A stretch of 64,000 bases of DNA from positions 4,712,001 to 4,776,000 of the forward strand of contig CM102290.1 of the NCBI GenBank assembly GCA_046563655.1, written 5' to 3'. The notes under the pieces were generated by a model. That model saw only the letters and a list, made by a program, of their open reading frames with translations. It searched no databases and was not told the origin of the DNA. This DNA is from Yuukianura sp. NJ FZ-2021. Lineage: Eukaryota. Made by a program: the position numbers and the translations under genes. How positions within the stretch are numbered: the stretch's first letter is position 1; each line of letters opens with the position of its first letter. Of the stretch, positions 32,100 to 44,815 are shown piece after piece.

Positions 32100-34553
32100 C
32101 TAGTCAAATTCAATATCCGAGACAGAAACACGAGAAGTCCTTGAAATTCTAAAGGTAGAAATCGGAAAGCGATAGAATTGTAAAGAAACGAATCTACTGA
32201 ATTAATTGTTAGAGAAAGGTTCTACATAGACATTACGAACCGGATCTTAAGAAGCGGAACGTTGTCCTGGATTTCCAAGCTGGTTATAAAACCCAGGAAC
32301 TGTTTCCCAAGAGACATTCTGATAAACATGTTACCAGCCAAGTTGTTCATCTTGGGTTCATGTGGAATGCCTAAAATCCATACCCACATCTTAAAACCGT
32401 TGTATATTTTCTTAAACTTGAAACTTACTTGAAAACGTAGCCTGGAAGGTCTGACGTATAACGCCTGTAAGATGGAAGGGCTTGAGGAATCTCAAATCGC
32501 AGTAGTCCACCTTCAGAACCGTTCCATGATCAATTAAAACAACGGTCACTGGCTTCTCTTCATCATCTCCAGCTACATGAAGAACTTGAACCCTAGGTTA
32601 GTTACACAATTATTTTAGGGTAACCCCAGTCATATTATTATATATTATTTACTCATCGTAACCATTTGTATTAATGTCAATCATATGTCAATCAAACCTG
32701 CGCCATTTGTTTGATGTACGATCCAATCCGCCATACATTCCATGGAGCATAATGTTGTGTTTCCCGACGACATTGTTGCGATCATTTCTTGCTACAAGGT
32801 ACTTGTAAAAAATCTCCATCATTTGTTCAATTTTTTGAACGCCAAGGTGGCCACACTCAGCAACCGAGTCTTTCACCTTCAACTAGAAACCAAAAGTAGA
32901 AGACGTTACTAAATGAGATACGATGCTAAGTCCAACAAAAATACCTTCACATAAAATTCGGAAAATGGATCGCTTTCGTTGAAACCAACAATAGTAATAG
33001 GAATAAGTTTGTCCTTGTCGTCGTCAGTTTGTAACTCTTTGCTTCCCACTTGTTGTCCCATGTACGCCCTCAACTCCACCTCGGATGGATACTTCTCCAG
33101 CGGATTTATATAACCAAGTGGGATTTGTGTCGATCCTGTGAGTGGATAACCACTAATGATCATTGGCGGCTCCCTCGGTACACCTTCCTCTGAATTTGTC
33201 GCCGGTTCAGAAGGTGGTAAAGCTTGTCCGATCGGTATAGATCCGTAACCCCGAAGTCTGGGTCTAGGCGGAATGAGAGTAACAAGGGTAAACGTGTCTA
33301 TTGGCAAGTTTTCTGCGATTATTTGATTAAGGTTAGGTGGATGTCCTGTTCCACGCGGCTTGGGTTCCGGTCCTTGTAGTTTGGTCAGATCGGGGCGAAG
33401 ATGTAAGACTGTGTCTACGACTGGCATAGTTACGACGACCCCTTCTCCTGGTTCTTGTTTAGGTGTAGGTTTTGGTTTAGGTTCACGTTCTGTTTCAGGT
33501 GAAGAATCGCTAGAACCATATTCAGACGAAGACACAGCTTCTGGAGGAGGTGCAGTAGGGCGATAGGGAGGCGGTTCACGGGATACCCGGTTGAATTCTT
33601 CAGCGTGCATTCGTAACGCATTATCCAGTTGCTGCCCTCGGTCATTTGGTTTCGATGAAAACAACGGCAGGGGATTCCGAATGGACAAGAAACTTCCTCT
33701 TCCGTTATTAGTGTGTCCTGAATGATTGGGGTCAGCGGGTATCGCCAACCTTGGCGGAACGAAACGAGGACGAATGCTGCCACCGCGCCCTCTTCCGCGT
33801 CCGCCACGATTGTAAAATTGTATTCCTTCGAGAAGGCATGGCGCTGGACAATCCAACACAGCATGAGGCTACGTGATTTGAGTCAAAAGAAAGAAATCCA
33901 TACAATTAAAAGCCCTAGTTCACTTGGTTCGTAAAGACAAAAGAGAACCAATGAAGTAAAGATTGAGCTGAGCTCCTATTACCGGCACAGGCGCAGTGTT
34001 CCTTAGCGTTGGACGAGGCAGTCCTCCAGTCCTTCGTTTGTCCGTCATTTGGCCTTGAACAAGCTCGAGCAAATGTCTCTGGTTTTCATCGATACAACGA
34101 CGATCCAACTTAACATAAAAAAAAAGATGAGTCATACGGTACCTTAGCAAATTGCTATTATTATTAAGCATAACCATGTTACTTACAAAGAGAAATATCT
34201 TGCGACTGAACCTGTCATACTCCGGAAGAAACCTTCGAAATTGAACAAAATCTTGACAGTGGAACAAGAGTTGGTTGAAGGTCAATCCAAATTTCGCCAG
34301 TGGTATATCTACACCTCTCTCATGAAGGAAGGCTGCAAAGGAACGTAACACCTAATTATCATCATGATTAATTTCGGAAAGATCAGTTAGTGGTTGGATA
34401 CTTACTGAAAATCTTTTGATGGTTTACGCCTTCCTTGTTTACAAGGAGACATCCCTTGATTTCTGCTCTTGCTTGTTGATACTCCTTAAATTCCTCCTGG
34501 CTTTTTGGTTGGTACCACGTACGCATGGTAGGACGTAGGCTTAGGCCGTTCAT
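32100..34553 (-). CDS. LOTUS (OST-HTH) + extended Tudor domain protein, TDRD5/Tejas-like, divergent
   Basis: The spliced N-terminus EIKGCLLVNKEGV..DIPLAKFG..CQDFVQF..HLLELVQGQ matches the extended LOTUS pattern. Central RG/Pro-rich linker. C-terminal GMYGG..KWRRVQV..VTVVLIDHGT..VDYCDLRFL..QTFQATF matches an extended Tudor. Final exon (to 32100) is tentative. Confidence 0.75.
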
Positions 34554-35508
34554 TCGCGATGCCAACGAGGTTGTAATCCTGCTAATTAACAAGTTAAGCT
34601 AATGAATAAATTGTCCCCTTCCTCTACGGATACAACGGAATCGGAAACGGATGGATAGGCAAAAACGAGACTTACTGTAGACTGTAGATCTTCAATACAC
34701 CTTGACTGTTGAAGCGAAGAAGTTCACGTTAAAGCAGGATCTAAACGGAGCAGCACGTAATGTCGGAAACACTGGAAACTTCGTAACGTAGTCGGTTGAT
34801 CACTATTTAAAAACGGAACGATTCAAAAAACGCACCAAAGCAAGCACACTCAACTAAACGTGAAAAAAGGGAATGATGAAGATGATGGCGTCGCGGCGTG
34901 CCTGAGGGGTGGTAACTATCTATTGAGCGTCTTTTTTCAACAACCCATGCAGTAATGTGCTTAGTGGGCTCGGTATGCTCCGTTCGCGCACGCAAACATA
35001 AATGCCAACACCGGTACTCAATACTGTACTACACGGAGGCGCCAAGAGGTAGTAGTATGTAAATGCTCGTAACTACAATATTGTTGTTAATTGTTTCGCA
35101 TAAGTGAAACATTTCAACCGATAACCGATTTCAAATTCAATTTGATATGCTGTAATCCGTCGTGAGTCGTGAAATTGCCGATCGGTGGACTAGTCAGCCT
35201 AGAAAAACTTTCAACGCACAACTATTCCAAGATTTACAGAACACATTGTTTGACGGCGTATTGATACAAATTACTATCGTATTGACCATTTATTGGCGAC
35301 CAATGTTGTAATAGAAGGTTATATGTTTACCTAAATTAAAAGAGTTTGGAACAACGCATTCTTCGACAAGGAACATTCATGGTGCGGCAACGTGAAAAAT
35401 ATTGTTTCAGCGCGAGCGGCATTCAGGTTCAGGACTACCTGTGATCTCATTCTTCTCCTACCAATCGGGCTATGATACTATAGCTAATGCTATATCTACG
35501 TTCCATAC

Positions 35509-36195
35509 ATGAGAAAAGTTTGAAACGTGACGTCACAGATTTGAGATCCACCAACTACTACCTTGAGATCCACCGTGCTACCTGTAACAAAAGAGGTGGC
35601 ACTTCCGTCAAATCCATGACGTCACGTTCCATACTTTTCGCATTTATGGAACTAATAGGAGGGGTTTGCGTTTCAAATCATTTATAGAATTTATAGAAAG
35701 TATAGAATTTAGCAAGTCCCGCCTCTTTTAACACCCCTCCACCCGTTTTGTTACGGCTCTCGCGATTGGTCGATTTCAAATCCGTGACGTCACTTTCCAA
35801 ACTTTTCTCATTTACGGCACTTATAGAACGTGTTTATAAATTTTGGAGATCCGAAAAGTTTAAAACGTGACCTCACTTCTCCCTGTAAATTCTATACTTG
35901 CTATAAATTCTATAAATGATTTATAACGCAAACTCCCTAATGTCCCGTGTTTATAGATTTTGTGAATCCGAAAAGTTTGAAAAGTGACGTCATAAATTCT
36001 ATACTTTCTATAAGTTCTATAATTTATTTATAACGCAAACTCCATATTTTAAATCAGTTATAGAATTTATGGAAAGTACATATAAAATTTAGTAAGTCCC
36101 GCCGATTTCCACCCCGTGCAACCCGCTTTGCTATGGCTGCCATGATTGGTTGATTTAAAATCTGTGACACGTCACGTTCCATCCAAACTTTTTTT
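35509..36195. repeat. Mosaic of inverted and direct repeats, probably nested non-autonomous transposon fragments
   Basis: A 46-bp inverted pair at 35509-35554 / 35766-35811. A ~50-bp unit at 35658-35711 is inverted relative to 35885-35937 and 35993-36043. A ~130-bp direct repeat at 35682-35808 vs 36058-36195. Confidence 0.75.
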
Positions 36196-38337
36196 CTCTG
36201 GAACCTCTGGAACTAATTTTCAAAAAAAGAGAAGTTTTTCTGCTCAAAATAAAAAAAAGAGGAATAAATTCGCTACTGAAGCTTAATAACCCGATGGTAA
36301 ACCGGAGTGAACGAAAGTAATGTAAGACGGCGCTGCATTCGTGAACGGATGCTCACACCAGCACATTTGTGATCATAAATGTAAGTTCTGAATGGAAAAA
36401 TTAAAAAGTTGACCGTTCATTCGAATTGACGTCACTTGGGGTCACATGGCACGCACAAAAGTTGTTGATCTGGATGAGACGAATGCCATTTTTCATGTTA
36501 CCGAGGATTAACCGCGTTGGCCGTGAACTTTGACCCGGAAGTAGTATACCCACCATCGAGATTACATTCAATAAGAGAAAAAACAGCATATCAAGGATCG
36601 CTTGCACAAAAGTTTTTAAAAAATAAATAATTGCAGAGACAGACTAATTAACACTTTAGGCTACAGAACCTAACTAATTCAGTTTAAATTTAATTAGTAA
36701 GTATTCAAGGCGAAACGTAGACGAAAGGAAGATAATGCATATTCAGTATTCAGTCCCTTGTTAACTTCCTTTCACTTGAACTTTCACCTCAAGGTAGTAA
36801 CAAATCTCCGTCGCTCTACTCAAACACTTCCACCCTTCGAACTGAAATTAATTTTGAAATATTCAGAATATCAATCGACGCAATTTTTTCAATGTTTCAC
36901 CATTCTCTCCAAGTTCAAGTGCTATTTATATCTTAATTACAGGGCGTCACGTCAATCTACCCTGCAAAAGGAGTTGCAGAAATGCTGCTTTCGGAAGTGT
37001 CCAAAGTTCTTCGTGGCTCAATAGCACTTGGGTGGATTGTTAACCTAACCTCCGGGACACGCCCAGCTTCTTTCTCCAATTTAACAATCCACCGGTAACG
37101 TCTATCTAATTTCCTCTACTGGATCTAACGCTTTTTCAGGAACGAAGCGATACTTGACGTAACGATTTCTTTACTCTGGAGTAAAAAAAAAGTCCAATTT
37201 CCTCAGCAATCAATTTTCTATCCAAACCCAAGCTAGAACTTTCTAGATTTTTTTTTTACTTTTTCAACCCGTGTGTTAATGCCACTGTCTATTCAAACTA
37301 AACATGAAACTGGAAAGTAATAAATAATAGCTCGGAGCCATATCCAGACTTCATCATGGCACTTCCAGAGCTTTTCGTACTTTCCTAGTGTTGGACTCAA
37401 ATTCATTTCCAGCCCCCTTCCAGCGTTCCAGCTAATGACTCATGAATGATGCTCTAGTTCCAGCACTTCTTTCCAAGACTTTGGCTAGATTATTCAAATC
37501 TGCAGGGTCTTGCCTGTTGTTCAAAAGTCGCTTCCATAAAAGATTCTAATAGTGATTCAAATGTCGCACTGACGCTGATTACCACTCATGATTAGCTGCT
37601 GCGGTTACGTTTCTATTTTGATAAATCCAATGCTAAATTCGTTAGGTCAAGCCCTCCGAACAAAAACTTTTTAAGAGACTACTACCCTTGATATATTTAA
37701 AACCATTACCTTTTGTCTTGCGTTTTTCCTAGAAGAGGTGTATTGTGAAATGGTGGGTACTTCTCGAAATAAACTCTAGAAACGGTACAAGGCCAACGTG
37801 ACCTTCAAGGGGTTCAAGGGCCCCTGTAATGCCTCGAGCGTTTAAAACGCGTTTTTTCTAATTATAAAAGCTACCAACCCCCATTTCCATGCCCTAAGTT
37901 TCACTTCCAAAGTTTTCGTCTAAAGGTGTTTTCTTATTGCGAAAGTTTTAAGTATAAAACAGTGCAGTAGTTTCACAAAGTTCTGCATGACACAAAAGGC
38001 GATTCATAACGTACTTTGTGCTGAGTTACTCACAACAATAACTTTAAACGTTTGTAATAACAATTTAAACCTACGCACAAGTGGTATTTGAGATTTGAAA
38101 TAATTCGTTGTGCCTTAAACAATCTCGTGTAATTTCTCAACTAAAAGCATCTACAAGTGGTCCACTGGAATATTACACTTGTTATTATCTGTACCCTTGG
38201 ACTGCTAAGTTCCAGTTCCAGAAATTACCCGGATTACGCTGAAGATCTTGTAATCCAGTTTTTTAGAACAATATTCATTCATTCCGAAATCCAAACATTT
38301 TTTTTGCCAAATTCCTCGAAGCCTACACCGTCGGAAC

Positions 38338-40569
38338 ATGAATTTATTTTGGACATTTTTCGCAACAATCTTCGGGAATATCCTACTGACGCACACCTTA
38401 CCATTTCCACCGTCTTTCGCAGCACCGCCTATGTAACTTTTCAATTATACACATTCTCCACTTTCCATACAATTATACATATAAGTTTTGTTGTTTTTTT
38501 TTTTGTCAGGGACTCGGGTGCAGGAGCAACGACCCATGACAAAGAAACTCATATTTCAAAAATAGGACATCATCGACAACGGTAAAAAATATTTTAGATT
38601 TTGAAGGTGAAGGGCTTAAGGAAATTGTCCATTTTCGAAATAGACATAAGCGTAAAGTAGGAAAAGGTGTGAAAATGTATTCTTTTGGAATAAGGCGCAG
38701 GATTTGTGGGATTTTAAAGGAAGAAAAGTGTGAAGTGGGGATTTGGTTCAGAATTGATGCCGAATACTGTAAAAGTAAAGGCTATGCGATAAGTACCCGG
38801 GCATTACAGGGTTCCCTAGGCGGTTTCATTGAATTCTTGCACTGGAACGAGTGAAGAGAAATGGAATAATAGTGGCGTTGATTATTCAATTCAATAGAGC
38901 GAACTAGAAATGAAATGGAAATTTGATCCTGTAATTCGATTAAAAGGAAATACATGATTTCAGTAGGATTTTCGACACACTAAAATATAACGTCATAACA
39001 CGCGGTGTAAAAAACTGTCATTATATTTACGTCTTTGCCATCATGAGCTCATTAGTTAACTTAAGCTTTTCGTAACTCCTATCCTTTGGGTTGAATTTTT
39101 GAGACCAATCGACAAATTTCATAAAGTTTTGTGTTTGTTCTGAGCAGTTATTATGTACAATTTAAACGTTACTAAAACTGAAACGTCTCAATTTAAAACA
39201 AAATCTGAATTTAGTTCTGCTTACCAGAGAAAAGCTCTTGTGAGCACTCTAACTCTCGTTTTTTATAAAAACTCAAATGTTCAGAGAATTTCTCTGACTT
39301 TTTTTTTTAACGATGAAAGGTCATTTGTACGCTAGAAGCTGCGAGTATGTTTTTTTGAAATATTAAAGAGAGTATCAGATTTTAATGGTTAAAAGTTTTC
39401 TGTGGTCGAAATTTTGAAATTGGAATTCAAAAAATATAAGTAAACATTTTGAATCGATTTGATGAGATGAAGCATTTGATATTAAAACTAAAACGTTTTT
39501 GCAAACGTTTTTGTAAATTTTGTTTTTGCATTTTAGGATGCTAAATTTTGCTCCAGATTTTGAAGACGAGCTTCAAGGAATACAATTGCTCGACTCCAAA
39601 TCAACTTTTTCTCAAATTCATGATCCTCTGGCACATCAGTTTGAAACAAAAATTGAATCAGCTACAATCCGGATGCACTCAAAATCAAATGAAAAATTTG
39701 AACAAAAGCCGTCGACAGCAGTAGAGTTTCCAAGTACTATGGAGCGAACGACTCTGTTGTCAAAAAATTCAGAAGATGGTATTGACTCAAAACAGGACCA
39801 ATTTCAATCAAATGAAATGAGTGAAGACAAACTTTCAACACCAGTAAAGGATTCAACTCACCGTTCGAAAGCAGAACAAAGTGAAAACCTAATAGGAAAT
39901 GAGAAAGGAGTTTACACAAATAGGACGAGCACTTTGGAACAGTTACCACTGCAGAATCGACAGAACAAAACGATGTCCAGCCCCAACGGTAGCACCGACT
40001 ACTCCTTTCAACTTCAAAGAAACGATTCGAAGGCTCTACAGAAACTTTTGATGAACACCAAGAACAAGAGTCAAGATTGTCTTGAAACTCAATTTGAACA
40101 ACCTACTTCAAATCCTGACACACAAGAAGATGTTCAGAATCCCAAGGAAAATGAAATCAGCCAAACGACTCGCCGTCCGCTTCCTTCAAAAGGCCATGAC
40201 CACGTCAAGCCTGGAATGCTAAATTTCCCGCTCAAAGTTTCAAACTTGTCTCCATCCTACACGCGTCAAATAAGTCTTTCCACGCCGTTCTCCGAACGAG
40301 AAGCAGTGTCCAGTACAGGCGAAACTGAAATTGTGTCCACCGTCGTCGGAATTGTATTAGCGACTATTGTTACATTTGCTGCTGCTGCTTGGTTGTCCCT
40401 GGAAGACTTCAATCGTGGAACTTTTATTCCACAAAATCCAATTATGGAGTCACGAATGTCACCAACAAACCCGTCACTTGCAAGTCCAAATTTTTTAGCG
40501 TATCAAAACTACCGCCATCACCCAATATTGCTTAACCACTCAAGACCATCGGCACCTTGGCGATTCTAA
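38338..40569 (+). CDS. Orphan type I membrane protein with Ser/Thr/Gln-rich (mucin-like) ectodomain, ~399 aa
   Basis: Exons 38338-38432, 38510-38581 and 39537-40569 join in phase 2. Signal-like MNLFWTFFATIFGNILLTHT, low-complexity middle, TM IVSTVVGIVLATIVTFAAAAWL. Confidence 0.7.
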
Positions 40570-43500
40570 ATTATACTAAATCTTTAATTCGACATTTCCA
40601 GTTCCAAGAGGATTTCCAAGCTCAAAGTTTCTCGGCTTTCAAGATTTCTCAACCACGACTTAATTAGGCTAAAACATTTTAGTGTCTGTTTTTGAAATAT
40701 TGTTTGAAAATGAATGGTGCTGCTTAAAACGTGTTCCACGTGAAAGCGGATTATTGTTTGTTGCAACTTTGGTGGTTAAAGTTCGTTTCTATTTGAAGTA
40801 ATCCTTTGCATTGACTTGTGAATTTTGAAGTTTTGAAACAGAAATAGACTTTCATTGAAATCTAGAAGCCTCAAAGGCACTATTCCATTTGGAATTATTA
40901 GTTGAGAGCAAGTTGGAAAGTCGTTTGAGTTTCAACCCTCCTGCGATGACTTTCTTTGGAAAGCATTTGAGAAAGGTGAGGATGGAACTTGCGTAGTTGC
41001 ATGGAAAATCAAATTGGAGAAAACCCTTGTCTTTCAGAATATAGTCAAACCTCGACTTTCTTTTCACTCGACTAACCATAGAACTTCTTCAGTTCCCAGT
41101 CAACAGTTCTCGACGCTAGACGCTTCCGAGACGCCAAAAACACATTTTAGGTCAAGCTTAAATCACAAGTTATTCTAGCGGTTACCAGAAAATTGGTTTT
41201 GTAACATTAGTTTCAAATGTTCATACCAACTCCTTCTGCTTTTATTTAAGCAGATCTAATTTGCTCATTTTTGGAATATCAGAGGCACTCGCCAACCCAG
41301 TCCGAGGTGATATCAATTAACTTTTCAGCAAAAAGGAAACTTCGCTTTGATTTTGACCATTAAAGAAGGGAAGTGAAAGTGAAATTCTTTCTGCTCTCAT
41401 CATCTTTTCATCTTCCAGTAAAAGTTTTTATTTAGCCGCCTTACGAATGAATCAGGTCAGGAAAACATTTCCTGGAGAATGTGCTCTGGACACTGGAGAA
41501 ATTCCGGTAAGATGATTAAAAAGAGCGATGTTGCCTTAAAGCAGAGTCAAAGGAAAACTACTATGTTGAGGACAAAAGAACTTTCTCCACTTTTCCTTTG
41601 GGATCCAATTCAACTGGGATTAATTTTCTGTGCTGAACTTTGTTTTAGAACTATTTTTTTAGACAAACGCCAAAGCCTGATTTGGTCTTTTCTTCACTAA
41701 AAGCTTAAAAGCTTTTATAGGGGATGACCTTGACCTTTGGCTTGATCTTGGAGATGGAAAACCAGAAATCTGCTTTTGCCTTTTTCCTAATTTCGAAAAA
41801 TATTTAATTAATTTTATTCTTTGAAAAATGTCTTTTCGTGGTATTAGCATGTGGAGCAAGCAGAAAACTAGTGGAGCTTTTTTGTGAAGCTTTTAGGCTT
41901 ATGAGAGTTTAGTCAAGGAGGCCCTTTTTGTTGAAAGAAGTTAAGCTGGTCAGGTCAAAAAAAGACTAAAAAAAAGTAACTTTGGAAAATCTTCGTTTTG
42001 AAAAAATGGTCTGAAATGCTTTGGAACGTCATAAAATACACAACTTTGACCAACAAATATTCATTAAAAATTTGAGGTGGCCTCTCCCATTGAAAAAAAA
42101 AACATTTTTTGGAAAACGAGCGTAAATTGTTACATTGTAATATGATGTGATGAGAATTGAAAATGTAAATAAGAAATGCAGTCATGAAATTCACAACTTG
42201 AAGAAAAATAGTTTTTTACTCAAACTACCCTCTTCGTTTTTACATGCCATAAGTTATTCTTCCACCAAAGCATTTTTCAGAGACATGGGAAAAGTTAACA
42301 CTCTTGCGGATGAAGTAGTTTGTCGAGTGACGTTTGAAAATAACACTAATAACGTGAAAAAATCCTTCTTTAAATTTTTCAAAATTTCACCAAAACTTAA
42401 CAGCTTGAAGGACAAGGTTGTTAGCCGCTCCGCAGTGACATTTCAAAACCTTACCAGTGTCGTTGCCATGAACTTGATGACTTCTCATTCACCTTTAATG
42501 AGTAGCACTTTCTCCTCAGCATGAATAGGAAAGTCACTCTTGCACTCTTTGCATTCTGTTATTTTATGTTTTCTTCGTTTCAAAGTAGGACGCATAACCC
42601 TTAAAGAAGTTTGAGTCACTTAAGGGAACAGTGCTGCACGAAATAAGTCTTTCTCTTTCAGAAGAAGCTGATTATTTCCTTTTCCGCCCCTTATTGGTTT
42701 TTGTTTTTTAAAAAGAAAGTTTCTGGTAACGAGAGTCCAGCGATTTCTTGTTTCAAAGAAAGGCACGCCTCGTCTTTAGGGAAACCCTCTAAACTCTTTT
42801 TTTTCGTCAAACAAGGTTATTTTTTGTTTCAAAATAACTACTAGTTCAAAAAGTGTTTCACAAATTAAGTTAGCGGTTTTGTTGAACCTTGCTTTGGAAA
42901 GTTAAGTCTACGTTAGCCAACCACATGACGAAGGTAGATTGAATATCAAATACATTTTAAATGAAGTAGATACACGCGTTTCCAAGTTTTACGGATTTTT
43001 GTTACGACCTTGAGTTGTAAACTCAAGGTTCCAAATGCCATTTCCTTGGACTTTAATTCCAAGCTCTGAATTTCAGATTTTTCTAACTTTTTAAAATTAA
43101 TTATACTAAATTGTGAAATTTTGGAATACTGAACTACTTATTAGAGAAAACTTGAAAATAAATGTAGACCTCCACAAAATGGTATTGACAAATAGGTCAA
43201 ATAATTTTGCAAATCAAATGTTCTTAAAATTGACTTAGGCGGAGTTGTCTGACTAAAGTTTTAGGCTAAATTGCGGAAGGGTTTGATTGAATTATTGGCT
43301 ATGGAAATGGTTACTTAGCTTACGACTATGTTTTGAGAAGAGGACTGATTGGATTTAAAGCAAAGCAGGGCAGGTTTAAAGTGGTTGACAATTTGAAATG
43401 TTTCGTATTTTCTTAATGGCAGAAAAAGAGAGCGACGCCTACACTTGAGTGACTTCAAATTTCATCAAGTCCCATTCTGACATGTGAATCTGGAAAGTGA

Positions 43501-44746
43501 ATATCGAACTTTTTGCTTGCGGAAGCAGAGAGACCGGCGACAACTGTAAAATGTCATACGGAAGTATAACATTAGTGAGGCCAAAGAGTAAAACGGTGAC
43601 AGGATTTCGGGCAAAGTAGTGTGACTGACGTGTGCCTGAGGAAAGACTTCAAATTTTTCGTCGCAAGAGTTTCTGTTTTCAAGAAATTTCTAAAAGTAAT
43701 CGAGGCAAACATTGCTAACGTTTTTGAAACTAAACATCCATTACGGTGTACTAAAAATCGAAACTAATCCGTTTTCAGATTTGACTTTTTTGGACTATGC
43801 ATGTGGAGTGTACCGGTAGTATCGTCTAATCGATTCAACGATATCGAACCCTTAATGCATAGCAATTTGTCATGAACCAAAACCTAAAGCACGTTTTCAA
43901 TTTTCGAAACTTCAGAGTTATTTTTACACGTTCCGTTTTTTGTGGTCACTACGTTGGGAAAGACCCACTCAATTCCAACCGACAAGAATTGAACAATACG
44001 TGTTTTTTTTTGTGCTGAATTTCGGTTTCAAGGGTTATAATGTAACACAGTTGTAATTTTTTTTGTGAAAAAATGATTGTTGTTTGTGCAGGGTATACAT
44101 TTGAAACAGAGTTTTGAAAATTTAAAAACCACAATTTCCTCTTGTTTTTAAAAATAGAAACGCTCCAAAATCCCAGAAGGCTTGTCTCTCCACTTCCGTT
44201 GTTTGTCACGAGTCCAGAGTATCTCTGCCTAGCCGAGGGACACAAACTGGATCTCCTTTTGTTCTAAACAAATACTCGTTTGAACAGCTTCATTGTTCTG
44301 GGCAAAATGAAGGGAAATCTGGTTGCATTAAGGGCTCTAGAGACTTTCCCTTGAGTTCCACCGTCTGGGAAAAAAATAAGACTGGGAAAGGAAGCGGAAA
44401 AGACTTCGGAATGTGAAGGAAGCAAAGGAAGCGAAAGCAGCTTCTAGGTCCACCCGGATTTGCTGCGGCTTTGTTCTTGCACAGCTATTCTAAAAATGAA
44501 TCCAATGCTAAGGGTCTACTCTATTTCGCACTGTAAAATTCAAGGTTTTCGAAGTAAAATTCAAAAAATTCCCGCTAGAAACGAAAAACCGATTTTCCAC
44601 TTCCATTGTCTTCTTCAACTTCTGCCAGATTTTGGCGATTTCTTTGTCCAAGACTAAGATTTTCTGGGTGATTCAATCTTCGTGTTGAGTTTTTAGGCAT
44701 GACAGCATTATGCCTATAGTTATACTTTCTTTTTTATTGTTTGGGG

Positions 44747-44815
44747 TACCGTAAATGCTCTAATGCAAGCGAGTATTCTAATATAAGCGCATACTCTAAT
44801 GCAAGCGCAGGTAAT
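44747..44815. mobile_element. Possible solo end of a Tc2/pogo-like element
   Basis: TACCGTAAATGC start followed by three TCTAAT(GC/AT)AAGCG subterminal-like repeats. No complete partner end found. Confidence 0.35.

Noticed and set aside
34872..34905. Box C/D snoRNA (ATGATGA...CTGA)
   Set aside because: Too short and no terminal stem; more likely promoter sequence of the LOTUS-Tudor gene.
38157..38585. 142-aa ORF as a gene
   Set aside because: Non-ATG start and it runs through an intron. A better model starts at ATG 38338 in another frame.
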